A stretch of DNA of 64,000 bases from a virus. Under the pieces are notes generated by a model. It saw only the letters and a program-made list of their open reading frames with translations, made no database searches and was not told the DNA's origin. Shown piece after piece: positions 7,921-15,483 of the stretch (position 1 is its first letter; each line of letters starts with the position of its first letter). Position numbers and translations under genes: made by a program. The stretch covers positions 1-64,000 of IMG/VR virus record IMGVR_UViG_3300021962_000060; one strand, 5' to 3'.

Positions 7921-8211
7921 TTACCGAACGATTTGGGGAATGCCCTCAGGTGACCAAAGGATTCGGAATTCCGTAACCTTTGCCTCACGGCAAGCGGTGC
8001 GGATTTGCGAGGCAATGCGAGCCTTTTCGTTTGCGAAATTCGCAGACTTTGGATCGACCGCAAGGCTTTTCACAGCCATTGCCTTGCCCACTCCGAGGGT
8101 TTTGAGTGCCTCAACGAGTGCGGGATTGACTTTGGATTTGCGTCCCCGCTTGACGAAGGAAATTTCGGTGGAATTGACCACCTCAAATTCCGGGTTGTTT
8201 GATGTTGCCAT
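7921..8211 (-). CDS. Array family B protein (inverted cassette)
   Basis: AAAGG SD; extended -10 TGCTATGAT at 8274-8282; terminator at 7857-7892. Confidence 0.9.
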   Translation of the reverse strand: MATSNNPEFEVVNSTEISFVKRGRKSKVNPALVEALKTLGVGKAMAVKSLAVDPKSANFANEKARIASQIRTACREAKVTEFRILWSPEGIPQIVR

Positions 8212-8432
8212 TGTGTTGCCTTTCTTTGGGATTTGATTGGAATTTGTGTGAATAGCCTTGTCCACGAATTCCATCATAGCATAGTGAAATTGTGAATAAA
8301 AATTCTGGGTATTTGTAGGTCATTGCAGATGCAATAAGTCGAGCTTTAGGTCGAGCTTTGTGCCGGCCTTGTTTGTAACGTTAGAGCTCATAGGCAAAGG
8401 CTAACGTTAGAGAAAATCTAACGTTAAGCAGG

Positions 8433-8473
8433 CGGGTGCTCTAACGTTAGATTTTCTAACGTTAGAGCACCCG
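8433..8473. repeat. Last spacer hairpin of the array
   Basis: CGGGTGCTCTAACGTTAGA-TTT-TCTAACGTTAGAGCACCCG. Confidence 0.95.
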
Positions 8474-9072
8474 TTCTAACGTTAGAGCTTTAAATAAAAA
8501 ATTTAATGCAAATCCTAATCCTTATTCTTACAATAACTTTACGGGGAACTTTTCAATTGATCTTTTCAATCAATTATGCTCAACCGCTCATAAAGCCAGG
8601 GGAATGCTCGACCTTACCCCTGTATCTATCCCTACTGATAGGGACACCTATAACCGCCGGCTAACCCGATCATATTTCTGACCGGAATTCCTGAACAATA
8701 CCGATTATTGCCGGCTACAAAGAACCAAATTTCATTGATGTAATCAACCAGAATATTTCTTCTGATAGTCTGATTTGATAATCAAGATTATTACTACATA
8801 GATTTTTTCTAATATGATCCAACCTTTATACGGAGCTCATTTTGAGTCCGATCAAACACTTTTCTATATAGGCTGCTCTAACCAAAACACTAACCGGCCG
8901 GCTAAGGAGATACCTTCCCAGTGTCAATATTACTAGAGAGAACTATAACACACCCCAGGTATATTTTTCGCTAGAAAACACACAAAAACCAAAACAAACA
9001 AACAAAAAAACCTGAGAACACCCATCAATTTAACAAAAATTGAACATTATTGAGCGTAAAACACAAGCCTGT

Positions 9073-9137
9073 AAAGGACGTATTGCCTTTAGATAGACGT
9101 ATTGCCTTATCAAGGAAGTATTGTCTTGTAAAGGATC
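9073..9137. repeat. Three short direct repeats GTATTG(C/T)CTT
   Basis: GACGTATTGCCTT twice plus GAAGTATTGTCTT, about 19-20 bp period. Confidence 0.7.
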
Positions 9138-9200
9138 TATTTGATCTTAAAGGGTCTATCGGTTCTTATAGATGTTCTCAGGTTATTGATCTATGGTTCT

Positions 9201-9398
9201 TTAGTCTTCTATTTCTTCTATGTCTGTGAGACTATATATTTCTTTCCATTTAGCCCCGCAATTTTGACATTCAACAACCTGAGGAATCTGATCATATTCA
9301 GCATAAACAATATGGATAGCCATAATGTCCTCTGAACCACAATACAAACAGTTATACGGATGCTTAACATACCGTCTTTTCGTAAAATCATCAATCAT
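9201..9398 (-). CDS. Small Zn-ribbon protein
   Basis: CLYC...CQNC. Confidence 0.75.
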   Translation of the reverse strand: MIDDFTKRRYVKHPYNCLYCGSEDIMAIHIVYAEYDQIPQVVECQNCGAKWKEIYSLTDIEEIED

Positions 9399-9781
9399 TT
9401 CTTACCCCCAAAAGTTCCAACAGTAGCCCAAAACTTGTAGTCATTTTTTATTTCGTCCCACTCGTCCTGATCAAAAAGAGGCAAAGAATCATAATTAACC
9501 TCATAATTCACAATCCTATACCATCCCATACCCTCGATAAAAGCCTGGAAAAAGTCCTGAAGATTAGGAACATAAGTGAAAACCTTATAGGCATCAAAAA
9601 GACTCAGTTCTTCCGAAACCTTAGTGATATCCTGAATATCAACCCCGATCCCAATAAAGGCCGGATAAAAAGACGCACCCTCACCGTTATCAGTAACGCA
9701 AAGATCACACCAAATAAAATCAAAATCCCCCTCAGGGAAAGTAACAGTAATAATATCCGGCATGTAAACAGTTTTACTCAT
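9395..9781 (-). CDS. Hypothetical protein
   Basis: Start re-called after GAGG; coupled to neighbours. Confidence 0.65.
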   Translation of the reverse strand: MSKTVYMPDIITVTFPEGDFDFIWCDLCVTDNGEGASFYPAFIGIGVDIQDITKVSEELSLFDAYKVFTYVPNLQDFFQAFIEGMGWYRIVNYEVNYDSLPLFDQDEWDEIKNDYKFWATVGTFGGKK

Positions 9782-10037
9782 CATCATCCTCTGACTCAGG
9801 GAAGTCTTCCCAATCAACATAAATTTCATGAGGCTTACAGTCAACCAAAGAAAAACCATAATGATCTTTGATAAAGACCTCGGCATTTGTAATAATATAA
9901 TCCTCAGCCGTAGCGTAGTCTACAATCTCCTCTAACTCAAGATAAGACCTATGACTGACAGTCATATAGTCAAACACAAACGTGACATTAGCTGTATATT
10001 CATATACCCATTCAGGCTCAGTCATTTCTAAATCCAT
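9774..10037 (-). CDS. Acidic hypothetical protein
   Basis: ORF in packed minus-strand operon. Confidence 0.65.
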   Translation of the reverse strand: MDLEMTEPEWVYEYTANVTFVFDYMTVSHRSYLELEEIVDYATAEDYIITNAEVFIKDHYGFSLVDCKPHEIYVDWEDFPESEDDDE

Positions 10038-10158
10038 TCTTAATAATTACGGCCATTGCCATAAAAACTGATAAGTACAAAACAAAACTTATAAAATTCA
10101 TAGTCATTCCTCCCGATGAATAATTATACATTAATCATTATGATAATTATACAACAAG

Positions 10159-10202
10159 ATTGGGTGTATTTCCATCATTTCTATAGACAGAAATACACCC
10201 AA
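10159..10202. terminator. Inverted repeat, probable terminator
   Basis: TTGGGTGTATTTC...GAAATACACCCAA after the stop at 10209. Confidence 0.6.
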
Positions 10203-10208
10203 AACTTG

Positions 10209-10469
10209 TTATTGATCTAAAGGAAGCCCATACAAAAAGCCTGGCACTCCCAGATCATAAGCACTAAGAAGTTCACAAGTAAACAACTCACCATTTGCTG
10301 ATTCAATCTTAAAAATTGGGATTGCTATTGTAGGATCATCTTCGTAAATGCCTAGCATAACATCATTAATTTTTGCACCTTTGAGGTGTCGATAATAATT
10401 AGCTAAAAAACCGTGGTTCTTCCTAGCATCTTCTAACTCTTTAGGGGTTATATTGTATCTATATTCCAT
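10209..10469 (-). CDS. Hypothetical protein, tandem paralog of 10469-10726
   Basis: Shared YYxxLxG...P.FK...NGE...EL.S...PGFL(Y/F)GLP. Confidence 0.8.
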   Translation of the reverse strand: MEYRYNITPKELEDARKNHGFLANYYRHLKGAKINDVMLGIYEDDPTIAIPIFKIESANGELFTCELLSAYDLGVPGFLYGLPLDQ

Positions 10470-10726
10470 CAGTGTTTCACCGGCTCAACACTCGGCAAAC
10501 CAAACAGAAATCCAGGCTCATTACCCTCTTCATCAGAAGATAATTCAATCTGAATAACCTCCCCATTCATTAACTTAACTTTGAAGCAAGGCCAGTAGTC
10601 TTTTCCTCCCCAATCATCATCTTCTTCGACGATTCCAAATCCGACTATTACACTACCTACCAATTGACCGTAATAATCTTCCCAAAACTGCTTGTAACTA
10701 CGCTTCATTTCCTTATCTCTTTCCAT
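10469..10726 (-). CDS. Hypothetical protein, tandem paralog of 10209-10469
   Basis: SSDEEGNEPGFLFGLP motif. Confidence 0.8.
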   Translation of the reverse strand: MERDKEMKRSYKQFWEDYYGQLVGSVIVGFGIVEEDDDWGGKDYWPCFKVKLMNGEVIQIELSSDEEGNEPGFLFGLPSVEPVKH

Positions 10727-10732
10727 TTGTAT

Positions 10733-10981
10733 TTAAACATCAATTTTGTTGTAATGAGGATCAAAATAGATTATTTCGTCATCACGATTCAATTCATGCC
10801 CCCAAGGGCAACCGAAATCATCAGTAACCCAGCCCTGAATAAATTGTCTAATGTCTTCTTCCGAAGGATCCGTAATACCGACATCAAGGAGGCATGCTTT
10901 TATTTCGCTCATACTGTACGTAATTTCGCGTCTGACGATAATAAAATCAAGATCCCCCAATTCACCTGTCATTGATATCAT
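10733..10981 (-). CDS. Hypothetical protein
   Basis: Start re-called after GGAG. Confidence 0.6.
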   Translation of the reverse strand: MISMTGELGDLDFIIVRREITYSMSEIKACLLDVGITDPSEEDIRQFIQGWVTDDFGCPWGHELNRDDEIIYFDPHYNKIDV

Positions 10982-11138
10982 AAAACTCCACAGCGACGAT
11001 TTTGAAGTTGTCCAAGGCCATAAATTCCTCAATGGTGCCAAAAATCTCTTCACCAATGACTTCCGCTGACTCTTCAGGAGTTCCATCCATATCAGTAGCA
11101 GTAACCTCGATGGTATATTTAATACAATGTGTAGCCAT
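10962..11138 (-). CDS. Small acidic protein
   Basis: ORF in packed operon. Confidence 0.55.
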   Translation of the reverse strand: MATHCIKYTIEVTATDMDGTPEESAEVIGEEIFGTIEEFMALDNFKIVAVEFYDINDR

Positions 11139-11174
11139 AATACTCAATCTTTCTACTATTATTCCCAACTATAC

Positions 11175-11375
11175 TTATAGCCGTTCCGCAAGGCATTTCC
11201 TTGAGCAAGCTTGGATCTTGTCTTTTTCATAGACGATCCCCTTGCTAAGAATCCTATTACAACTAGGGCAAGTGAAACGCTTATCGCCAATCCCAAAATA
11301 AAGGACAGCATTGCCAACAAGCGTATTAGCAACTTTTTCATATGACGCAACTTTCGCCGGCTTCTTTCCTACCAT
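11175..11375 (-). CDS. Small Cys-rich protein
   Basis: CPSC...CSRKC; GAGG SD. Confidence 0.65.
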   Translation of the reverse strand: MVGKKPAKVASYEKVANTLVGNAVLYFGIGDKRFTCPSCNRILSKGIVYEKDKIQACSRKCLAERL

Positions 11376-11482
11376 TTAACTTTCCTCATCTTCCTCTGGG
11401 ATATATTCACAATCATGACCATAAGAGTATTCCTCGGCAGAATACCATCTGTCACATTCTTCACAATAAAACTGTAGTGCCA

Positions 11483-12067
11483 TTATTCCCCCCAAAATTG
11501 CTTAAATTCAAAATACAATCTTGATTTTACAAAATCCATAATTACATTTCTCATATTGACAATCCCAATATCATGATTGGCAACCATACTTATATAACCA
11601 CTGAAATTCACATTATGATCTTTGTCAAAGAAAATAAAACCTCTTAAGTAATCCAAAGCTTTTTGCCAATGTTTAACTGGTAAAGTATCGTGAATATACT
11701 GACAGCAAAGTAGCATAATGGTTGTATTCTTGTTAATGTGCCAATCAGGATGTGAATCACTTAAAGAATTGTGGACATTTACTTCGTCGGCTGAATTATC
11801 TTCCAAACTAGAATCATAAAACTTATCCTTGATCAGAATACCGACAGCGCAGCTTTTGTTATTTGGAACAAATTCAAATTCCACAGCCTCTCCGGTTTCT
11901 GGATCCTGAATATATATTGTTTCTTCACCTCTATAAGCACAACTTCCAGTCGAGTATCCATCACTCATACTACGAGAATTTTGTGTCAAAAGATGTTTTT
12001 CAATAATATTAAAAGCTTGCAAATCGTTTGTAATTTGTACATCTACTAATTCACTAACTAATGTCAT
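11483..12067 (-). CDS. Phage hypothetical protein (CAYRG...CAVG motif)
   Basis: AAGGAG SD; Cys/His motif CAYR..CAVG..QYIHD. Confidence 0.8.
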   Translation of the reverse strand: MTLVSELVDVQITNDLQAFNIIEKHLLTQNSRSMSDGYSTGSCAYRGEETIYIQDPETGEAVEFEFVPNNKSCAVGILIKDKFYDSSLEDNSADEVNVHNSLSDSHPDWHINKNTTIMLLCCQYIHDTLPVKHWQKALDYLRGFIFFDKDHNVNFSGYISMVANHDIGIVNMRNVIMDFVKSRLYFEFKQFWGE

Positions 12068-12076
12068 TTTATCTCC

Positions 12077-12445
12077 TTATTTTTTCTTGATTAAAATATT
12101 TAAAATTTCAGCAGCATCAGATCTAAATGCTTCAAGCACCTGAATGGTATTAAACCTGTCTGCTGAATAAAATGGTCCAAGTTGCATTGACTTAAGCAAA
12201 GTCGCTTCGACTGTCAAATACTCAACCCATCCGCTTTGTCTAAGGACATAAAGTTTTCCATAACTCTGGAAATCATAGGAGTTAATTCTAATAAACACTT
12301 TGTAAGTGTTTCCAGGGCTGGGTTCGTATATTTGGATATAAATACCATCATTCTGGTTGTGATACCAATCTTCATAAACAACTCTATCAGACCAGCCATC
12401 ACGATCCCTGCGATTAACTGGTCCTCTATACTTATACTTTGTCAT
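12077..12445 (-). CDS. Hypothetical protein
   Basis: GAGG SD, coupled. Confidence 0.75.
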   Translation of the reverse strand: MTKYKYRGPVNRRDRDGWSDRVVYEDWYHNQNDGIYIQIYEPSPGNTYKVFIRINSYDFQSYGKLYVLRQSGWVEYLTVEATLLKSMQLGPFYSADRFNTIQVLEAFRSDAAEILNILIKKK

Positions 12446-12786
12446 AGCAACCCTCTTTCTTTAAACAAATCAACAATGGAATCACTAACATCTGTACTAT
12501 TGCCATCTCTATCTGTAGGACCAACCAAAACACAATTTCCTACAATCACATCATAAAACCCCATATAAGATGGATTCTGTTCAAAAAGAAAATTAGCAAT
12601 ATTAGTAGCTACATCATTAATATCAAAGCCAATTATTTTTCCTTCTTCATTAACAATAAATGAATGCCCGTCAGGAAAAGTAAGAGATTCAATCCAACCA
12701 TCAACAAATGTATTGAAGTCAACCAATTCCCATTTCTCGTCAATTAAATTGCACTGGCCATCAGTAGTGATTGTTATCATCCTCAT
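12442..12786 (-). CDS. DUF3846-like protein
   Basis: VDGWIE...VNEEGK...N.AT...D.IVGN.VLVG pattern. Confidence 0.7.
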   Translation of the reverse strand: MRMITITTDGQCNLIDEKWELVDFNTFVDGWIESLTFPDGHSFIVNEEGKIIGFDINDVATNIANFLFEQNPSYMGFYDVIVGNCVLVGPTDRDGNSTDVSDSIVDLFKERGLL

Positions 12787-12787
12787 A

Positions 12788-13276
12788 TTACTCATCCTCT
12801 TCTTCACTAAAATTGTTGTCAATAATTTTGTAAAAAGTCTCTTGTTGATTTTCATGTTCTTCAACAATTCTTTTCATAATATTAGTCATTTGTTCTCTAA
12901 TTTCTTTTAACCCCTCCAGTTCTTCTTCCGACAAAGTGCTTTCATCAAGTTCTTCAAAATTGTACTCAGCCTCAATGTATTCTTGACGCTCGCTATCAGA
13001 CATATTCCTCATATTTTCATATTCATGAATAGCAGCGCCATATCTATACACCATGTCTAGATCATCATTACTCAAACCAGTTTCTTGCTGAATTTTTTCT
13101 AAAGAAAGTTTTTTGATCATAATAATCTTTCTAATATCAACTTCATCATCATCCTCAATACTGCTCATGTAATCTTCACTCATTTGACATATGATTTCTT
13201 CTCTTCTATTGAATAGCCAAAGCATCATATATGGATGTACATTATTGATATTATAAAAGTCTTTTGCTGTATACAC
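12788..13276 (-). CDS. Acidic hypothetical protein
   Basis: AGGAGG SD before GTG at 13276. Confidence 0.75.
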   Translation of the reverse strand: MYTAKDFYNINNVHPYMMLWLFNRREEIICQMSEDYMSSIEDDDEVDIRKIIMIKKLSLEKIQQETGLSNDDLDMVYRYGAAIHEYENMRNMSDSERQEYIEAEYNFEELDESTLSEEELEGLKEIREQMTNIMKRIVEEHENQQETFYKIIDNNFSEEEDE

Positions 13277-13305
13277 ATTTCCTCCTGATTTGATATATAA
13301 AAAAA

Positions 13306-13425
13306 AGAATAGGCAAGAATCCTTTGCAAAGACCAATTGCTTTAATATCAACTACTGAACAACCGCGCACAGTAATCAATACAGGATTCTCTTAAGCCAA
13401 CCTAGGGGAAGCTTTAGCCTATTCT
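13306..13425 (-). ncRNA. Unknown structured RNA, copy 1 (about 120 nt)
   Basis: Closing stem AGAATAGGC/GCCTATTCT, inner stem AGAATCCT/AGGATTCT; paralog at 13814-13925; abuts tRNA-Arg 3' end. Confidence 0.7.
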
Positions 13426-13428
13426 TAG

Positions 13429-13501
13429 CACCTCAAGTAGGACTTGAACCTACAACCTACAGATTAGAAGTCTGTTGCTCTATCCATTAAGCTATTGAGG
13501 T
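13429..13501 (-). tRNA. tRNA-Arg(TCT)
   Basis: Acceptor ACCTCAA/TTGAGGT, anticodon loop CTTCTAA, GGTTCAAGTCC T-arm; no encoded CCA. Confidence 0.92.
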
Positions 13502-13510
13502 ATTTAATTA

Positions 13511-13735
13511 CTAAAAACTATATTCTTGAAGATCAATAATTGTCCCAACTCTACTGCTAACACAACTATCACAAATATAAATACGACTAAAAGTCATATC
13601 ATATTCAGAACCATAGTTACCCACAAAATCGAGGCTGGTTCCTTTGTAGATGTTATCATCACTTTTGAAAAGACACTCCAACTCTTTGAAGCACACAAAG
13701 CAAAGTACATTTCCATTATTTGTTTTATTTTCCAT
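13511..13735 (-). CDS. Small Zn-binding protein between tRNAs
   Basis: CFVC...GNYGSEYD...ICDSC. Confidence 0.7.
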   Translation of the reverse strand: MENKTNNGNVLCFVCFKELECLFKSDDNIYKGTSLDFVGNYGSEYDMTFSRIYICDSCVSSRVGTIIDLQEYSF

Positions 13736-13737
13736 AG

Positions 13738-13809
13738 TATCTCAGGTAGGATTTGAACCTACAACCAATAGATTAAAAGTCTACTGCTCTACCATTGAGC
13801 TACTGAGAT
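13738..13809 (-). tRNA. tRNA-Lys(TTT)
   Basis: Acceptor ATCTCAG/CTGAGAT, loop CTTTTAA, GGTTCAAATCC. Confidence 0.92.
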
Positions 13810-13813
13810 AAAT

Positions 13814-13925
13814 TAGAATAGGCAGAGAACCTTTGTTGCAATGGCAAACTTTGATATCTTGCCGAAGCAAAGATACAGGTTCTCCTTAATGTTTCAGAAA
13901 GGGGTAAAACACTTAGCCTATTCTA
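13814..13925 (-). ncRNA. Unknown structured RNA, copy 2 (about 112 nt)
   Basis: TAGAATAGGC/GCCTATTCTA closing stem, GAGAACCT/AGGTTCTC, TTCG-capped hairpin; 4 nt upstream of tRNA-Lys. Confidence 0.7.
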
Positions 13926-13937
13926 AACCTTTTGTGG

Positions 13938-14504
13938 TTAGCAGGCCAAAGACCAAGGCTTCCAACCACACAAACCTTTTTCTTCTCTTGAAGAGTAAAG
14001 TTTGTAAGCAAACTCCAAGTTTATTCTAGGATCAAACATATCGTCTGGATGACTATAACCCATTTGGCTCAGCCATTCAGAGTGAATTTGGTTAATCTGA
14101 GTCAAGCCGGCATCGTGACCATTCCAAGCGTCAGTTGTGCAACGACTTTCTTTCCATATAATCTGAGAAACATTAGGCCATTCTTCTTCTGTAAACCCAA
14201 CATCAATAGCTAGGTCATGCCATTCACCACACTTGCCATACTTTTCTCTGAGTTGCTCAACAGTTAAAGTTTCTTCTGCTTCAATCGCAACATTCACAGA
14301 ATCAATATCAACAGGTGGAATCGTTATGACAGGCATAGTTGTTGTAGTTGTTGTAGTGGTTTCCACCTCTGTAGAAGAAACTACATAATATCCACTATCA
14401 CCTTCAATAGGATTATTTTTCAAATCATCATTTGATGCTAATACTGATATGCCAGTCAATCCTAAACTGATACCAATAATTGTAATTATAATAATACGTT
14501 TCAT
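13938..14504 (-). CDS. Secreted or membrane-anchored lysozyme-like (SLT) transglycosylase
   Basis: N-terminal signal/TM, Thr-rich linker, IIWKESRC (catalytic E), GLTQIN, DPRINLEFA, GWKPWS. Confidence 0.8.
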   Translation of the reverse strand: MKRIIIITIIGISLGLTGISVLASNDDLKNNPIEGDSGYYVVSSTEVETTTTTTTTMPVITIPPVDIDSVNVAIEAEETLTVEQLREKYGKCGEWHDLAIDVGFTEEEWPNVSQIIWKESRCTTDAWNGHDAGLTQINQIHSEWLSQMGYSHPDDMFDPRINLEFAYKLYSSREEKGLCGWKPWSLAC

Positions 14505-14672
14505 ATTTGCTCCTTAAGTAGTGTGTCTAAACGAAAACCGTTTCGGCATCGCTAAATCAGTAGCAAAACGAAATTGTCTACAAACCAAAATCGCTTTACT
14601 AGTAAGTTATATCAATAAGCATCACCTCCATATAAGTACATCTCTCTATTATACCATTTATACAAGCACTAG

Positions 14673-14744
14673 TACCCCTGCGTGGAATCGAACCACGTTT
14701 ATCATTTTATAAGAATGACATCCTAACCAGTAGATGACAGGGGC
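14673..14744 (-). tRNA. tRNA-Ile(TAT)
   Basis: Acceptor GCCCCTG/CAGGGGT, anticodon arm TCATT-CTTATAA-AATGA, GGTTCGATTCC. Confidence 0.85.
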
Positions 14745-14755
14745 ATTTACTTGAA

Positions 14756-14968
14756 TTATTTGTTATTTATCCAAACGTATGCCTGGTTGACCAAAGAACC
14801 GTAAAGATACTTATAGTCAATAAGCCAGCATCTCAAGTTAAATTCTTTTTGATCTCTCAAATAAAACATAAACGATCTATAAGAGATAATATCAACAGAT
14901 GAGGCGTTGGCTTCTATCAATTTGAGAATAATTCTATTATAGATTTTATCATTAATAATTGTTGACAT
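14756..14968 (-). CDS. Hypothetical protein
   Basis: GGAGG SD. Confidence 0.55.
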   Translation of the reverse strand: MSTIINDKIYNRIILKLIEANASSVDIISYRSFMFYLRDQKEFNLRCWLIDYKYLYGSLVNQAYVWINNK

Positions 14969-15458
14969 TGAAATCCTCCACCAAAACAACATTTTTAGGA
15001 CTCATTTCATCCATCGTAACTTTAATACGATGCCTAAGAATATGAACATTCTTATCATTAGGATTCATAATCATAGACCAATATCTATCTTCAAGTTCAA
15101 ACTCATCGACTTCGTGATAAATATCAAGACTGTACAAATAAGGACTCATCGCAACAAAAAAGATTTCGTGTTGACCCCATTTGTCATTGTAATGAAAATT
15201 ATGGCTAACAAGATCATCTTCAACAATCGTATCGTATTCAAAACCAAGAAGATGAAAGATATCCTCAACCCTCGTCATATCCTTGTCGTAATCAGGAGGG
15301 AACCAAGAAAACCATTTTTCACGATAACCATTCTTGCTAAGAGTCCCACCTCTCTTGTATTCATCATGCTTGTTCAATTCTTTCATAGCTTCAACCATAG
15401 CCATAGCGTTCTCTTTCTTGTATGCGATATGGCCGGATATGTTAATGTAAGTACCCAT
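14952..15458 (-). CDS. Hypothetical protein
   Basis: AAGGAG SD, 168 aa. Confidence 0.8.
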   Translation of the reverse strand: MGTYINISGHIAYKKENAMAMVEAMKELNKHDEYKRGGTLSKNGYREKWFSWFPPDYDKDMTRVEDIFHLLGFEYDTIVEDDLVSHNFHYNDKWGQHEIFFVAMSPYLYSLDIYHEVDEFELEDRYWSMIMNPNDKNVHILRHRIKVTMDEMSPKNVVLVEDFNVNNY

Positions 15459-15483
15459 AGTTTCTCTCCTTAGATTTTAAGTT

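Larger units (their letters stand above)
1..8490. repeat. Gene-cassette array: 13 small-ORF units separated by conserved spacer modules built from CTAACG(T/A)TAG palindromes and one hairpin each
   Basis: About 90 copies or near-copies of CTAACGTTAG/CTAACGATAG counted by eye; exactly one 37-46 nt hairpin per inter-cassette interval; recurring CTCGACTTTAT..CTCTAACGTTTCAAAA block before promoters. Confidence 0.95.

Noticed and set aside
3324-8473. Protelomerase (telRL-type) hairpin telomere sites
   Set aside because: Thirteen dispersed copies do not fit a single resolution site, and no protelomerase gene is seen.
245-8490. CRISPR array
   Set aside because: Repeats are separated by whole genes, not 25-45 nt unique spacers. 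The 304-367 repeat has near-constant linkers. There is no cas operon; the Cas4-like gene is a typical stand-alone phage nuclease.
8300-9200. Chimeric assembly or prophage-host junction at the GC shift
   Set aside because: The left part has no housekeeping genes and shares specific motifs (29.04 kb, 32.6 kb) and protein segments with the right part. Long reads are still needed to exclude it fully.
13277-13351. N-terminal extension of ORF 12788-13351 and ORF 13841-14029
   Set aside because: They overlap the structured RNA elements; a strong SD supports the GTG start at 13276.
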